A stretch of DNA of 29,656 nucleotides from a virus (IMGVR_UViG_2718218453_000002); one strand, 5' to 3'; positions 1-9,937 are shown, numbered from the stretch's first letter. Notes: generated from the sequence alone by a model not told the origin. Numbers and translations are program-made.

Positions 1-1170
1 TTATATTTTGCTTTCCTCTGAGCTGTACTCTATATCAGATAGCTTAACCTCAAGCTCTAACCCCGTCGTGAAGCCACTATTATTCAGAATGTGAGTTACT
101 TTACTGATTAACCATACCTGTTCGTCTATTACGCGCTTAAAGCCCGACACACGTACAGGCGTCTCAGGAAATAAATCCGCTCGCCCTAGCGCCAGTGTGA
201 TTGAAAACTCCGCAACGCCTCGCTGCAGTTTATCCCACTTAGCCTGAGCGGCACGCATCGCCTGCGCCTTTGATGCGTAGACCGTTGTCAGCGCCAGCAC
301 GTTATCGGCTTCACCGGCCATATACTCACCCTCGCGAGCCTCCTGCTCTTTTTTGGCCTTTGTCTTTTTGCTAACAGGCTTTGCTTTCGGGTGCTCCAGT
401 GCGCGTAGGTGTTTCTCTTTTGGCTGGCGTTTCAGCGTCACTTTTTGCTTTTGCGGCTTCGGGTCTTTGGTGTGCAACCATTTTGCCGTTACGCCGGTAT
501 AAGCCCCACGGTCGGCAATAGCAAATTGATGACGGTCACCATTGCTACGGGTCAGCGTCATTTGCGGGATGGGTCTGCCGCTGGCCGTCATCGCACTACC
601 GGCTTTCAGAAACAGCAATTTCCCCGCTTTCACTGACACCGCAGCTCCGTTTCGGTCAGCTAGCCGGGTCAGAAACACCGCGTCGGACTCCTGCGACTGG
701 TCGATATGCGGTACCGGGATTTTTTTCAGTGAATCAGCGACACTGGCCGTCAGTTTATTGCGTTTTGCGATGGTGCTGACCAGTTCTCCGATGGTGGTGT
801 CATGCCATGACTCTTCACGCCTGGAATTTAGCGTGCCGCGAAAGTCCGCGCTGCGCGCCCGGATGGTCAGGGTGTCAGGCGCTCCCCGGTGCTCAATCTC
901 ATCGACCGTAAAATCCCCCTTATTCAGCAACGCCGAGCCCTGCCAGCCAAGCCACAGCGTCAGCACTGCCCCGCGCAGGGGTAACTCAACTTTCCCGTCG
1001 GTATCATCAAGCTCAATATCGAGCTGGTCAGCCTCAAAACCCCGGTTATCGGTCATGGTGAGAGAAATTAATCGGTCACTAAAATTGCTGGTAATGTCCT
1101 GGCTGTTCAGCGTCAACATAAATGCCGGTGCAAGGCTGGCACCGGCGTCAATTGCCATCCCCGTTATCAT
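1..1170 (-). CDS. D: Tail protein D (late control gene D family)
   Basis: 389-aa ORF whose N-terminus (MITGMAIDAGASLAPAFMLTLNSQDITSNFSDRLISLTMTDNRGFEADQL) matches what I recall of P2 gpD; size (P2 D about 387 aa) and synteny after U fit. ATG overlaps the U stop (ATGA). Confidence 0.9.
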   Translation of the reverse strand: MITGMAIDAGASLAPAFMLTLNSQDITSNFSDRLISLTMTDNRGFEADQLDIELDDTDGKVELPLRGAVLTLWLGWQGSALLNKGDFTVDEIEHRGAPDTLTIRARSADFRGTLNSRREESWHDTTIGELVSTIAKRNKLTASVADSLKKIPVPHIDQSQESDAVFLTRLADRNGAAVSVKAGKLLFLKAGSAMTASGRPIPQMTLTRSNGDRHQFAIADRGAYTGVTAKWLHTKDPKPQKQKVTLKRQPKEKHLRALEHPKAKPVSKKTKAKKEQEAREGEYMAGEADNVLALTTVYASKAQAMRAAQAKWDKLQRGVAEFSITLALGRADLFPETPVRVSGFKRVIDEQVWLISKVTHILNNSGFTTGLELEVKLSDIEYSSEESKI

Positions 1171-1652
1171 GCAGTGAAACCTCCGGGCATACCCTGCAGT
1201 TTATCTGTCAAATTACCGGCAGAGCCGAGAAGCTCACTGGCCTGTTTATTCAGGTCACCAAACATCTCTGTCAGCGATTCATCAACCCGTTTTAGCGAAA
1301 GCGTGAAATCAATCTTTCTGGCCGCACCATCACTGAAAAACTCGGTGCGTGTAGTCGATACTTTATCGACGATATACATCCCGAGGATATTTCCGGTTCC
1401 CTCTATCAACGGCCACGCTCTGCCTTCATTGGCCATCACCTCTACAGCCTTAAGTGAGATCCAACCGCCAGTGATAGCGGGGTATAGCGTACCAGCAAGC
1501 TGTATAGAGGTTTCCCCCTCGCCAAGAAACTGATAGGCAGGTGGTTTACCCACCCGGTCATTGGACACCCAGCGATAATCTTTCGAATGCTGCATCGACT
1601 GGTAAGGCAGGGTGCGAAGTTCAAACACAAACATTCCGAGAGCAAGCATCAT
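1167..1652 (-). CDS. U: Tail protein U
   Basis: 161-aa ORF resembling P2 gpU (RTLPYQ, YRWVSNDRVGK, LKRVDESL motifs); sits between T and D. Confidence 0.9.
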   Translation of the reverse strand: MMLALGMFVFELRTLPYQSMQHSKDYRWVSNDRVGKPPAYQFLGEGETSIQLAGTLYPAITGGWISLKAVEVMANEGRAWPLIEGTGNILGMYIVDKVSTTRTEFFSDGAARKIDFTLSLKRVDESLTEMFGDLNKQASELLGSAGNLTDKLQGMPGGFTA

Positions 1653-1665
1653 CGTTTAATCCCCC

Positions 1666-4110
1666 TCAATAGTCGTGGGTCATGTTGGCACGCTGGCGGG
1701 CGCGTTTATCGCGCTCAATCTGTTCGAGCGTGTCGCGTAGTTGTCTGTCAAGCTGATGCCCCGGCGCAACACCTCCCGGCAGATTGATGTTGTATTCGCT
1801 TTTGCTCTGGTCAATGTAAGAGCGCCCCGCCGGTGCGGTAACTGGCTGATAAGCCTGATAGCCGCCATATGTGCTGGTTGCCGGGATGTAGGAATTACCC
1901 TGTGTGGCGGCATTGGTTTTGGCGGCGGTCTGGTCGAGGCTGTCCGACTCTTTGTTGATGATGCCGAGCTTTTCGAGAAGCCAGTCGACACCGCTGCGCA
2001 GCTTGTTAAAAACATTGAGCGGAGCCATCAAGGCAGAGGCCAGTGCCTGACCAAATATGACGCCGACATTTTTGCAGCTATCAAGCGTTTCCTGCGTGGC
2101 CTTAACCGGTGCTATCAGGTCTTTAAACCACTGCCAGACGCCGCGCAGTTTCTCGCCGAGACCATCAAAAATGGGAGCCAGTGGAGCTAACATTTCCCCG
2201 ACTGGGGCAAAGGCACTCATGATGCCTTCAATCACTCCCGAGAAAAATGCGCTGATGGGCTCCCAATATTTACGGATGAGTAGCGCCCCCGCCACAATCG
2301 CCGCACCGACGGCCACTATCGGCCAGGTAATCGCACCGAGCGCTGTCGCAATGGCACTACCGACGACAGTAAAGACCGTACCCAGCACGCCAGCAGCGGC
2401 GATAATTGCATTAATCCCCATGACAACCGGCCACGCAACGAGACCAATGCCGCCGATGATACCAATCAGCGCCAGCGCACCACCGGCGATGATGCCGATA
2501 GTTTCCGCTAACTCCTTGTTGTCTTTGATCCAGTCATCAAGCTTTAGCACATACCGTGTTGCTGTCTGAGTTAGCTGACGCAATAAGCTATCTTGCTGGT
2601 CATAGAGGTCAGTGCCGACCGCCTCATATGCTGACTGGAACTCCTTGAAGTCGCCGCCGAGGTTATCCTGCATAACCTTGACCAGCTCCTCTGTTTTACC
2701 GTCTGAATCCTTTATCGTGGCAGTTAGCTTATCGAGTTTTCCGCTTGCCGCTGCCGCCATAAGGACACTTGCAGACTTCATAGCCTCCTCGCCGAATATC
2801 GTTTTCACGTACTCGGCCTTTTGTGAGGTACCAAGATTGTTGCGCTTAAAACTGGCCTGCATTTCTTTCAGGATGGTAAATAGCGGGCGCGTATTGCCTT
2901 TGCTGTCTGAGGTTTTAACTCCCAGCTCTTTGAGAGCATCGTATGCTTTGCCTGTGGGTGCCTGTAGTCTCGTTATAACAGCAGCGCCGCCAGTCCCAGC
3001 CATTGACCCCCTGATGTTATTATCATGAAGTGTGCCGGTAATCGCCGCCGCCTGTTCAAGACTCACCCCAGCATTTTTCGCAACAGGGGCAAGGTAACTT
3101 AATGAGTCACTTAGTCCCTGAAAATCAGCGGTGGTTTTGTTCATCGTGGTTGAAAGAACATCACCGATATGCGCAGCCGCGTCATTAGAAAGCTGAAAGG
3201 CGGCTTTTGTCCCCATCAACAGTTGCGCGTTTTCCTCCATTGTTTTTTTGTTTGCAAGCGACAGGTTGAGAGTTACAGGTGTCATGGCCGCTATAGCCGC
3301 CGCATCACCACCACCTTTTGCAATGATAATCTGCGCACTGGCTGCATCATCAGCAGAAGCGGCTGTATTGTCACCGAGCTGGCGCGCCTGTTTGCGTAAC
3401 GCCTGCATTTCTGGCGACTGCTTATCGACCCCGAGCACAGCCTGCAGCTCGGAGTTTTTTTGCGCAAAGTCATAACCGGGCATCAGCAATTTAACCCCGG
3501 CCATCGTTCCCGCCGTCGCAATACCGACCCCGGCAGCACCTGCAGCGGCCATGTTACCGGCAAGCTCCTTACCCGATTTATATCGCTCTTTCACTCGGTT
3601 TAGGTGCGCCTGCTGTGCGCTGACCTTCGCCAATGCTTCACGCTGCCGGTTGAGCTGCGCCGTCGTCTCGCTGATGCGTGTTTTAAGCCCCCGCTCATCG
3701 TTTGCCAGATTGCGGGTATTGATACCGGCAGCACCCAGCTCGCGTTGCTGGCGTTTAACCGACTCGGTGAGGCTGTTGTATTTAACCTGCAGCCCCTCGG
3801 CGGCACGTTTTGCGGATTCGAGCACCTGTGCCTGCGCTCGCGTCGGGCGCTCAGTATTTTTGAATTGCGTGGCAAGCGCTTCAGCCTCGCGCTTTGCCTT
3901 CTCCAGCGACTGGCCGGTTACGGCCAGTTGCGCGCTGGTTTTGCGAAAGCCGTCGATTTTCGCGGCCTGCCCGTTCAGGTCACGCAGCCCTTTTTGTGTG
4001 TCGCGAATATCGCCCGACAGGGTTTTACTCGCGGTCTGGATGGATTTAAGCGGTCGGGTCGCCTGGTCGACCGCTTTCAGCAAAACCTCAAGTCTCAGGT
4101 TATTACTCAT
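1666..4110 (-). CDS. T: Tail tape measure protein
   Basis: 814-aa ORF with a coiled-coil-rich N-terminal half, Gly/Ala-rich hydrophobic central segments and a C-terminal domain; P2 gpT-sized, immediately downstream of E/E'. Confidence 0.9.
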   Translation of the reverse strand: MSNNLRLEVLLKAVDQATRPLKSIQTASKTLSGDIRDTQKGLRDLNGQAAKIDGFRKTSAQLAVTGQSLEKAKREAEALATQFKNTERPTRAQAQVLESAKRAAEGLQVKYNSLTESVKRQQRELGAAGINTRNLANDERGLKTRISETTAQLNRQREALAKVSAQQAHLNRVKERYKSGKELAGNMAAAGAAGVGIATAGTMAGVKLLMPGYDFAQKNSELQAVLGVDKQSPEMQALRKQARQLGDNTAASADDAASAQIIIAKGGGDAAAIAAMTPVTLNLSLANKKTMEENAQLLMGTKAAFQLSNDAAAHIGDVLSTTMNKTTADFQGLSDSLSYLAPVAKNAGVSLEQAAAITGTLHDNNIRGSMAGTGGAAVITRLQAPTGKAYDALKELGVKTSDSKGNTRPLFTILKEMQASFKRNNLGTSQKAEYVKTIFGEEAMKSASVLMAAAASGKLDKLTATIKDSDGKTEELVKVMQDNLGGDFKEFQSAYEAVGTDLYDQQDSLLRQLTQTATRYVLKLDDWIKDNKELAETIGIIAGGALALIGIIGGIGLVAWPVVMGINAIIAAAGVLGTVFTVVGSAIATALGAITWPIVAVGAAIVAGALLIRKYWEPISAFFSGVIEGIMSAFAPVGEMLAPLAPIFDGLGEKLRGVWQWFKDLIAPVKATQETLDSCKNVGVIFGQALASALMAPLNVFNKLRSGVDWLLEKLGIINKESDSLDQTAAKTNAATQGNSYIPATSTYGGYQAYQPVTAPAGRSYIDQSKSEYNINLPGGVAPGHQLDRQLRDTLEQIERDKRARQRANMTHDY

Positions 4111-4590
4111 TGTGGTGTCCGCTACGCTGCAGCGCCTTTTCGCGCCATGTGATGAGCTCGGTCAGGCTCAGGGAATAGAGCTCTGATAGCGGCCAGTGGA
4201 ATATCACCGCGATATCCGCCATCAGGTCATCGGTCGACAGGTCGGGCGGGAAATCTACTCCGCCGAAGCCGGTGACAAAAAACCAATCACCTTAGCGGCC
4301 AGCGACAGCATATCGGGCAGGTTCATTGCGGTAAGCTCCTGCGCCGTAAGCGCGGGGTAAGTCATGCGTGGCAATACCTTAATCAGCGCATCGACTTCGG
4401 ACTGCGCCACCGCTGCCAGACTGACACCGCGCAGGGTACCGGCGTTCGGCTCAATCAGTGTGACTTTATCAATCGTCTGACCGGCGCGCTTAATCGGCTT
4501 GTCGAGGGGCACGACGTTCGGGTTTACGGTGTCAATTTCATTGCCAGCCATATCAACAAATTCAGCGGTTTTACGTGGTGCTTTTGCCAT
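4103..4590 (-). CDS. E': Tail assembly chaperone E+E' (-1 programmed frameshift fusion)
   Basis: Minus-strand heptamer TTTTTTG at 4276-4282 in X_XXY_YYZ phasing; after a -1 shift the frame stays open for about 53 codons (..LITWREKALQRSGHHNE) and stops at 4103-4105, overlapping the T start codon as in P2. Confidence 0.6.
4255..4590 (-). CDS. E: Tail assembly chaperone E (zero-frame product)
   Basis: 111-aa ORF between FII and T; contains the slippery heptamer T_TTT_TTG in the zero frame near its 3' end. Confidence 0.8.
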   Translation of the reverse strand: MAKAPRKTAEFVDMAGNEIDTVNPNVVPLDKPIKRAGQTIDKVTLIEPNAGTLRGVSLAAVAQSEVDALIKVLPRMTYPALTAQELTAMNLPDMLSLAAKVIGFLSPASAE

Positions 4591-4653
4591 GATGTTTTTC
4601 TCTGCTCTGAATGGGGATTAATAACCGGCCAGCAGTGCTGACCGGTCAGGGAA

Positions 4654-5172
4654 TTACAGCCCGATTGCGCGGCGGTGCTGTTCCAGACGGTCGACGCCGT
4701 TCACCTTCTCAACCATGTTGACGGTGTCGATTTCGATGACGTCGCTACCATCAATCGTGAGGCGGTAATAGGTGCATACGGTCGACAGTTTGGTCGAGGT
4801 GTTTTCACCCTGCTTATTCTCGCCGCCGTCGATTTCTTTATGACGGCCACGCATGACCACCTCGACCGCCACGATTTCGCCAGTGTCGTCACGTTGGTAA
4901 GAGCCAGCAAAACGCAACGGCACAGCGTCAGCACCCGGTGCGGCGTACTGCGCCCACAGCGCCACATCAGGCAGGCCACCGACAGACCATTCGACGGTGA
5001 GCGCATCATCGTCGAGACCAAGGTCAATCGCCGCCGCGCCATTCATGCCGCCGCCGCGATAGTTTTCGAGCTTGCGGGTCAGCTTCGGCAGCGTCACGGA
5101 TTCCACAACGCCCATGTAGCTAAGGCCGTCATTGAACATGTTCAGATATTTAAGTTTGCGGGGTAGTGCCAT
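4654..5172 (-). CDS. FII: Tail tube protein
   Basis: 172-aa ORF, same size as P2 gpFII, directly downstream of the sheath gene. Confidence 0.9.
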   Translation of the reverse strand: MALPRKLKYLNMFNDGLSYMGVVESVTLPKLTRKLENYRGGGMNGAAAIDLGLDDDALTVEWSVGGLPDVALWAQYAAPGADAVPLRFAGSYQRDDTGEIVAVEVVMRGRHKEIDGGENKQGENTSTKLSTVCTYYRLTIDGSDVIEIDTVNMVEKVNGVDRLEQHRRAIGL

Positions 5173-5187
5173 GTTGTTTCAGGCTCC

Positions 5188-6366
5188 TTAGCTGTTGACC
5201 GATTCGGCCAGATTCACCAGATATTTATCGGTGATACGCTGGCGCAGGGTTAGGCTTTCCAGTGGTGGAACCGGTGTATAGTCGTAGTCGATATACAGTT
5301 TCCCGGCCTTGAGGGTTTCCTTATCGTTCGATTCCTCGTCGAACCAGCATTCACCGTCCACGATGTAGCCGTTTGATTTCAGCTCGCGGAATTTGGCGTT
5401 AATGCCGTCGACAATGTCACGGATAAGTGATGCGGTGATGGGCTTATCGACCGTCCACATGTGCGCCTCGGCCATCGTGTCGGCCAGCACCTGCGCGGTG
5501 CGGGTGTAGTTCTCAAACAGGAAAAGCGGGTCATCAGAGCAGGTGCGGTTACCCCAAAAGCGGAAGCCATCCTTACGCACCAGTGTCGTGACCCCGGCCT
5601 CGTTGAGCAGATCAGCATCGGTGCCGGATGCCTGCAAATCCCAAAACACTGACGCACTGATGCCGGTAACACCCTGCACGCCGACGTTAGACAGGGTTTT
5701 GTGCCAGCCGACGGTCTGGTCGATATAGGCACGCAGGCCGAGTGCGCGCGCAGTTGCGTATGCCGGTGCGGTGGCGTTTGTGGTGGTATCCCATGCAAGG
5801 AAATCAGGCCAGATGACCATCAGCTCGCGCTGGCTGAAATTCTCGCGATAGGCCATCGCCTCGGAAATGGTTTTACAACCCCATGCGCTGATATAGCCAA
5901 AGGCGCGCAGGCTGATACAGACCGAAGCAAGTGCGACTGCGACCTCTTTGGTATCGAGACCCGGCACGCCGAGAATGCGCGGCTTGACGCCGGTGACCGC
6001 TTCGGCAGTCAACAGCGCTTTAATGCCGGTGTATTTACCGTTCTCATCCGTTCCGCCGATGATATTGGAAATTGTCTGCGCTTCGGCGTCGTCGCCGGTA
6101 CCTTCGTCCACGCGCACGACAACTGTGACAGGTTTTGACTGGTCGGCGATGGCCTGCAGGGACGCGGCCAGCGTGCCTTTTTTACCGGCTTTCGCAATGG
6201 CGCTTTGCACATTGGTAATCAGTACCGGCTCGTTGAGGGGAAAGGTTGCCGCATCCGCATCGCTGGCTGTACAGACCATGCCGACGATTGCGGTTGCAAC
6301 AGTGGAAATGACGCGGGTGCCGTCGTTAATCTCAAGCACCTGCACGCCGTGGTGAAAATCACTCAT
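5188..6366 (-). CDS. FI: Contractile tail sheath protein
   Basis: Strong match to recalled P2 gpFI N-terminus (MSDFHHGVQVLEINDGTRVISTVATAIVGMVCTASDADA). Start placed at the internal ATG at 6366 (GGAG Shine-Dalgarno upstream) rather than the track start at 6393. Confidence 0.9.
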   Translation of the reverse strand: MSDFHHGVQVLEINDGTRVISTVATAIVGMVCTASDADAATFPLNEPVLITNVQSAIAKAGKKGTLAASLQAIADQSKPVTVVVRVDEGTGDDAEAQTISNIIGGTDENGKYTGIKALLTAEAVTGVKPRILGVPGLDTKEVAVALASVCISLRAFGYISAWGCKTISEAMAYRENFSQRELMVIWPDFLAWDTTTNATAPAYATARALGLRAYIDQTVGWHKTLSNVGVQGVTGISASVFWDLQASGTDADLLNEAGVTTLVRKDGFRFWGNRTCSDDPLFLFENYTRTAQVLADTMAEAHMWTVDKPITASLIRDIVDGINAKFRELKSNGYIVDGECWFDEESNDKETLKAGKLYIDYDYTPVPPLESLTLRQRITDKYLVNLAESVNS

Positions 6367-6466
6367 CCGGTTAACTCCGTGGTTAGTGGGCAAGTGTTAT
6401 TGTCCTGGCTGGTCTGGTGAGGGGCTATTTGTCGGCGATGGGTGGCGGATGGCACATAAACAAGTC

Positions 6467-6493
6467 ATAAAAAAGGCGGGCATCAGCCCGCCC
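6467..6493 (-). terminator. Rho-independent terminator downstream of tail-fibre assembly gene G
   Basis: Minus-strand GGGCGGGC-TGAT-GCCCGCC hairpin followed by TTTTTTAT, 5 nt after the G stop codon. Confidence 0.6.
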
Positions 6494-6497
6494 TGCA

Positions 6498-7094
6498 TTA
6501 TTCCGGTTTAACCGGCCACCCGATATCCGGTGCAGTGGAAGTGTCGACCGCGTTCAGTGCCTGAATGTATTTCATCCACATAATCAGACTGGCCTTGTCA
6601 TCGTCGCTGATGATGCCGAGCTGCAGCTCTGTCTGCCACAGGCTGATGGTGCTTTGCGCTTCGGCCAGTAGCGAGGCTTTTTTCTGTTGCGCTGCCGCAA
6701 CCTGACCGCCTTTTTGTGCATCCGCATCCGTAACCCATTCGCTACCGTTCCAGCGGTCATAAGTCGTCAGCGGTTTGATGGTGGTCATATTATCAGGGTA
6801 ATCACCGAGCCCGTTTATCTCGACAGGTTGGCCGGATTCAGTGTCATACACGATCTCGCCCCGATGGTCGATAACATATTCCCACCCATCAAGACTGGTC
6901 GCGCGGCACACAGCAAAACCATCTTTCGCGTCGACGGGAGCATCGGTGCAGGAGTTGGCAGGAATACCTACGCCGACGGCGAGAAACTCCACGGATGCCG
7001 ATAAATATTCGCGCGTCTCGCCATCAAAGTTATAGACGGTCATATCACCAGCTTTTGTGGCAATGCCGTTTTTGTTTAGTGTCGCTTTTGCCAT
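6498..7094 (-). CDS. G: Tail fibre assembly chaperone
   Basis: 198-aa ORF directly downstream of and overlapping the tail fibre gene; position and size fit P2 gpG. Confidence 0.8.
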   Translation of the reverse strand: MAKATLNKNGIATKAGDMTVYNFDGETREYLSASVEFLAVGVGIPANSCTDAPVDAKDGFAVCRATSLDGWEYVIDHRGEIVYDTESGQPVEINGLGDYPDNMTTIKPLTTYDRWNGSEWVTDADAQKGGQVAAAQQKKASLLAEAQSTISLWQTELQLGIISDDDKASLIMWMKYIQALNAVDTSTAPDIGWPVKPE

Positions 7095-8077
7095 TATGCC
7101 GCCCTCACGATGTAGTTAAATGCAATGTTGCGCGGGCGAACACCAATATAATTGGTGATTCCGTCTTTTCGAACATCAGTTCCACCAAAAGCAGTAAACC
7201 CAGTACCGGCATAGCTGACAAAGTCCTGATTGGTGTAATAATTTCGAGGTGGTTGCCCTGTTGCTCCGTCCCCATGATATTCAGTAAATGCTGTGGCTCC
7301 TTGCTGACTTAGCAAAATTCGGCCCGCATCGACCCCTCGACCATCGTCCCACCCACGGATAAATTCAGCACGCAAATCAGGCAGATTACCTGATGGATAA
7401 GCGACGGCCAGCTTTGGATATTTCGCCTTGTCAAAAGCCGCACCGTTGCATTTCAGCCAGCCACTCGGCGGAGTTGCCTGCGGCCACGGCAGCGGAAAGC
7501 CGACCGGAATATATTTATCAATATCCGCCGTTTTGAGGTACTGCGAATGCGGGTCAGCAGCGGCGAGGTGCGCGGCCAGCAGACTATCAGCATAGGCTTT
7601 CACCTCGATAACCTTATCGTCGACATACTGGCGCGTTGCCAGCACGACTGCCGGGTCGATTTTCAGGGTGATTGCCGATGTGCTCGACACAATCAGAATC
7701 ATGCGAATGGTCTGCGTGCGACCGCTTCCCTCCTGCAGTTGTGGCTTGTAGGTCTCCGGACAGTTCGCCACGGCAATCAGAATACCATCATCGTCATAGA
7801 GACCAATCTCGCGGATCCAGAAACCACCTTCATTCTCGGGAATAATCTGTTCCGCGATAATCTGACTGGTATTGGCCGGGTCAACGGTCAGCAGGTTCAG
7901 CGGCGCGATGCGTTTCTGGTTAATGAGCTTCGTCTGCGCCGGGTCAGGGGTCGGCAACGTACCATTCGCATCACCGACGGCCATCTGCGTCAGGTTGAGT
8001 TTGGTACCGAGTGCCGCCGCGTTCGCCAGCCGCGCCGCGCCCTGATTGGTCAGAATGGCAAAATATTTTGCGGTCAT
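7094..8077 (-). CDS. H: Tail fibre protein (short form, collar-type C-terminal domain)
   Basis: N-terminal about 150 aa match the conserved P2 gpH N-domain (ILTNQGAARLANA..MAVGDANG..IREIGLYDDDGILIAVAN..YKPQLQEGSGRTQTIRMILIVSS); C-terminal region (PSGWLKCNGAAFDKAKYPKLAVAYPSGNLPDLRAEFIRGWDDGRGVDAGR) looks like a phage tail collar domain. At 327 aa it is much shorter than P2 H (669 aa). Confidence 0.8.
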   Translation of the reverse strand: MTAKYFAILTNQGAARLANAAALGTKLNLTQMAVGDANGTLPTPDPAQTKLINQKRIAPLNLLTVDPANTSQIIAEQIIPENEGGFWIREIGLYDDDGILIAVANCPETYKPQLQEGSGRTQTIRMILIVSSTSAITLKIDPAVVLATRQYVDDKVIEVKAYADSLLAAHLAAADPHSQYLKTADIDKYIPVGFPLPWPQATPPSGWLKCNGAAFDKAKYPKLAVAYPSGNLPDLRAEFIRGWDDGRGVDAGRILLSQQGATAFTEYHGDGATGQPPRNYYTNQDFVSYAGTGFTAFGGTDVRKDGITNYIGVRPRNIAFNYIVRAA

Positions 8078-8682
8078 GCGTTCACTCTCAGGTTATCAAT
8101 CAAATGGATGGCCGAGGCCGGGTAATATTCACCGCCGACGACAATCTCCTCGGGGGTGTAGGGGTAAACAGTCAGCGCGTCGCCGTGATAGCATCCCGCG
8201 CCGACATACAGTTCGCCGGTCGAGCTCAGACTGATAGCCAGCCCGGTCAGGTGGCGACTTGCCGGTTTGGCGTCTTCAATCAGGCGCTCAAGCTCCTGAT
8301 ACATTTCGTCAGTGATGCCGCTGTCGAGGACGCCAACAACGAGGCGGAATGTGCCTGGCTCCTCGTCGAGTTGCCACCACTCGCGCACCTCAATCAGAAA
8401 GCCGAGCGGCTCGACGACCCGACGCAATGCGCTGATGGTGCCTTTGTGCTGATGGACGAAAAATGAGGACGCGCAGACGCTGCGCTTTGTCGCCTCCGGC
8501 CATTTCTCATCCCACCTGTCGACCGATAGCGCCCACGCCAGATACGGCAGCAGCTTTACCGGGCAGGTGCGCCAGTTCCACAGGGTGCGCAGCGGTACCG
8601 GCACGCGCTGAATCTCAGAGAACGCAGCGGCGGCGGCGACCTCCAGCGGCGACGAGCCAACGGGTAATAGCCGGTCATTCAT
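8074..8682 (-). CDS. I: Baseplate assembly protein I
   Basis: 202-aa ORF between J and H; synteny and gpI-like sequence. Confidence 0.85.
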   Translation of the reverse strand: MNDRLLPVGSSPLEVAAAAAFSEIQRVPVPLRTLWNWRTCPVKLLPYLAWALSVDRWDEKWPEATKRSVCASSFFVHQHKGTISALRRVVEPLGFLIEVREWWQLDEEPGTFRLVVGVLDSGITDEMYQELERLIEDAKPASRHLTGLAISLSSTGELYVGAGCYHGDALTVYPYTPEEIVVGGEYYPASAIHLIDNLRVNA

Positions 8683-9583
8683 CCGAGCCCCCGATAGTTA
8701 TCTGGTACTCGGTACAGTTCGACGCCTGCGACTTACTCAGCACTATGTCGGCCTGCGGTGATGTCAGCTCGACACGCTGCACCCCCTCAACATGCAGCGC
8801 CGCATAAATAGCTGACAGACGGATATCACGCCCGAGGCGGTGCTGCGCGCTGATGTAGCTCTGCAGCTTCTGCTCTGACGCCTGCCTGATGGGTTCAGAT
8901 TCGGGGCCGGGGTAAACGTAGATCGTCGCGTCAATCTGGTACGGCACAATCTCGGCTGACTGGACGGTCACCCGGTCAGCTACCGGGCGCACATCTTCGG
9001 CGTTCAGCGCTTTATCAACAATCGCCAGTAGCTCAGGGCTGGCAGTGCCGTCCCCCTCACGCGATAGCACGGTAATCGTCACGCAGGCTGGCGACGGGCT
9101 GGCGACCGAAACGTCAGCGACCCGCCCGTCGGCGCTGCGGCCGTGATACTCATATGCACCGACCGGACCCGCCACGCTCAATCCCTCAAACGCCTGTTGC
9201 GTGCGCAGTCGCAGGTCGGTATCAGATTCCATAACGGCAGGTGTCGGCGGGATGGTGGTATCATCCGCCGGGGTGATGGTCAGGCGTTCGGTATTATTGT
9301 TCCCGGCCACGACGTCGAGGTCGTTACCGGCGGAGTAGGCCAGCGTCACCGCCTGCGCGGCTTCGTTCACCCGCTGACGCCAGATAACTTCACGGTAGGC
9401 GTTTTCCTGCAGCAGCTTAACAACCGGCTCTGACTCAAGTGTGAGCGTCCGGGCAATGGCCTCCTGCTGGTCTTCTGGATAGAGCGATATCAGCGTCGCT
9501 TTGCGTTCCGCAAGGATGGTTTCATAGTCCAGTTCCTCAACCACATCGGGAACGGGTAACTGACTCAGGTCAACGGTTGCCAT
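8675..9583 (-). CDS. J: Baseplate assembly protein J
   Basis: 302-aa ORF, same length as P2 gpJ, between W and I. Confidence 0.9.
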   Translation of the reverse strand: MATVDLSQLPVPDVVEELDYETILAERKATLISLYPEDQQEAIARTLTLESEPVVKLLQENAYREVIWRQRVNEAAQAVTLAYSAGNDLDVVAGNNNTERLTITPADDTTIPPTPAVMESDTDLRLRTQQAFEGLSVAGPVGAYEYHGRSADGRVADVSVASPSPACVTITVLSREGDGTASPELLAIVDKALNAEDVRPVADRVTVQSAEIVPYQIDATIYVYPGPESEPIRQASEQKLQSYISAQHRLGRDIRLSAIYAALHVEGVQRVELTSPQADIVLSKSQASNCTEYQITIGGSDE

Positions 9584-9589
9584 AGTTAT

Positions 9590-9937
9590 TTAACTCAGTG
9601 AAACAGTGGTTGAAACTGACGCACCGGTATCGGTGCGCATCCCGGTAATATCGACATATATTTCGCCAGCGTCGCCGGTCTCAAAGCTGATGGCGGTAAG
9701 CCTGATGCGCGGCTCCCACTTCTGGATAGCCGAATAGCACGCCACCATAATTTGCAGCCTGAGCGCCGGGTTTTGCGGCATATCAATCAGCGCCGACAGA
9801 AGCGAGCCATATTCACGACGCATCACCCGCGAGCCGACCGGCGTCAGCAGAATGTCGCGCATGCTCTGGCTGATATGCTCGGTATCGCTGATGCCGAGGC
9901 CAGTATTTCGGTTCATACCCTGATAACGCGCTGTCAT
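9590..9937 (-). CDS. W: Baseplate wedge protein W (gp25-like)
   Basis: 115-aa ORF, same length as P2 gpW, overlapping the V stop. Confidence 0.9.
   Translation of the reverse strand: MTARYQGMNRNTGLGISDTEHISQSMRDILLTPVGSRVMRREYGSLLSALIDMPQNPALRLQIMVACYSAIQKWEPRIRLTAISFETGDAGEIYVDITGMRTDTGASVSTTVSLS

Noticed and set aside
542-1177. 211-aa plus-strand ORF antisense to gene D
   Set aside because: Lies entirely inside a well-supported conserved tail gene on the opposite strand; typical frame-shadow ORF in GC-rich DNA with low-complexity Ser/Pro/Arg-rich translation.
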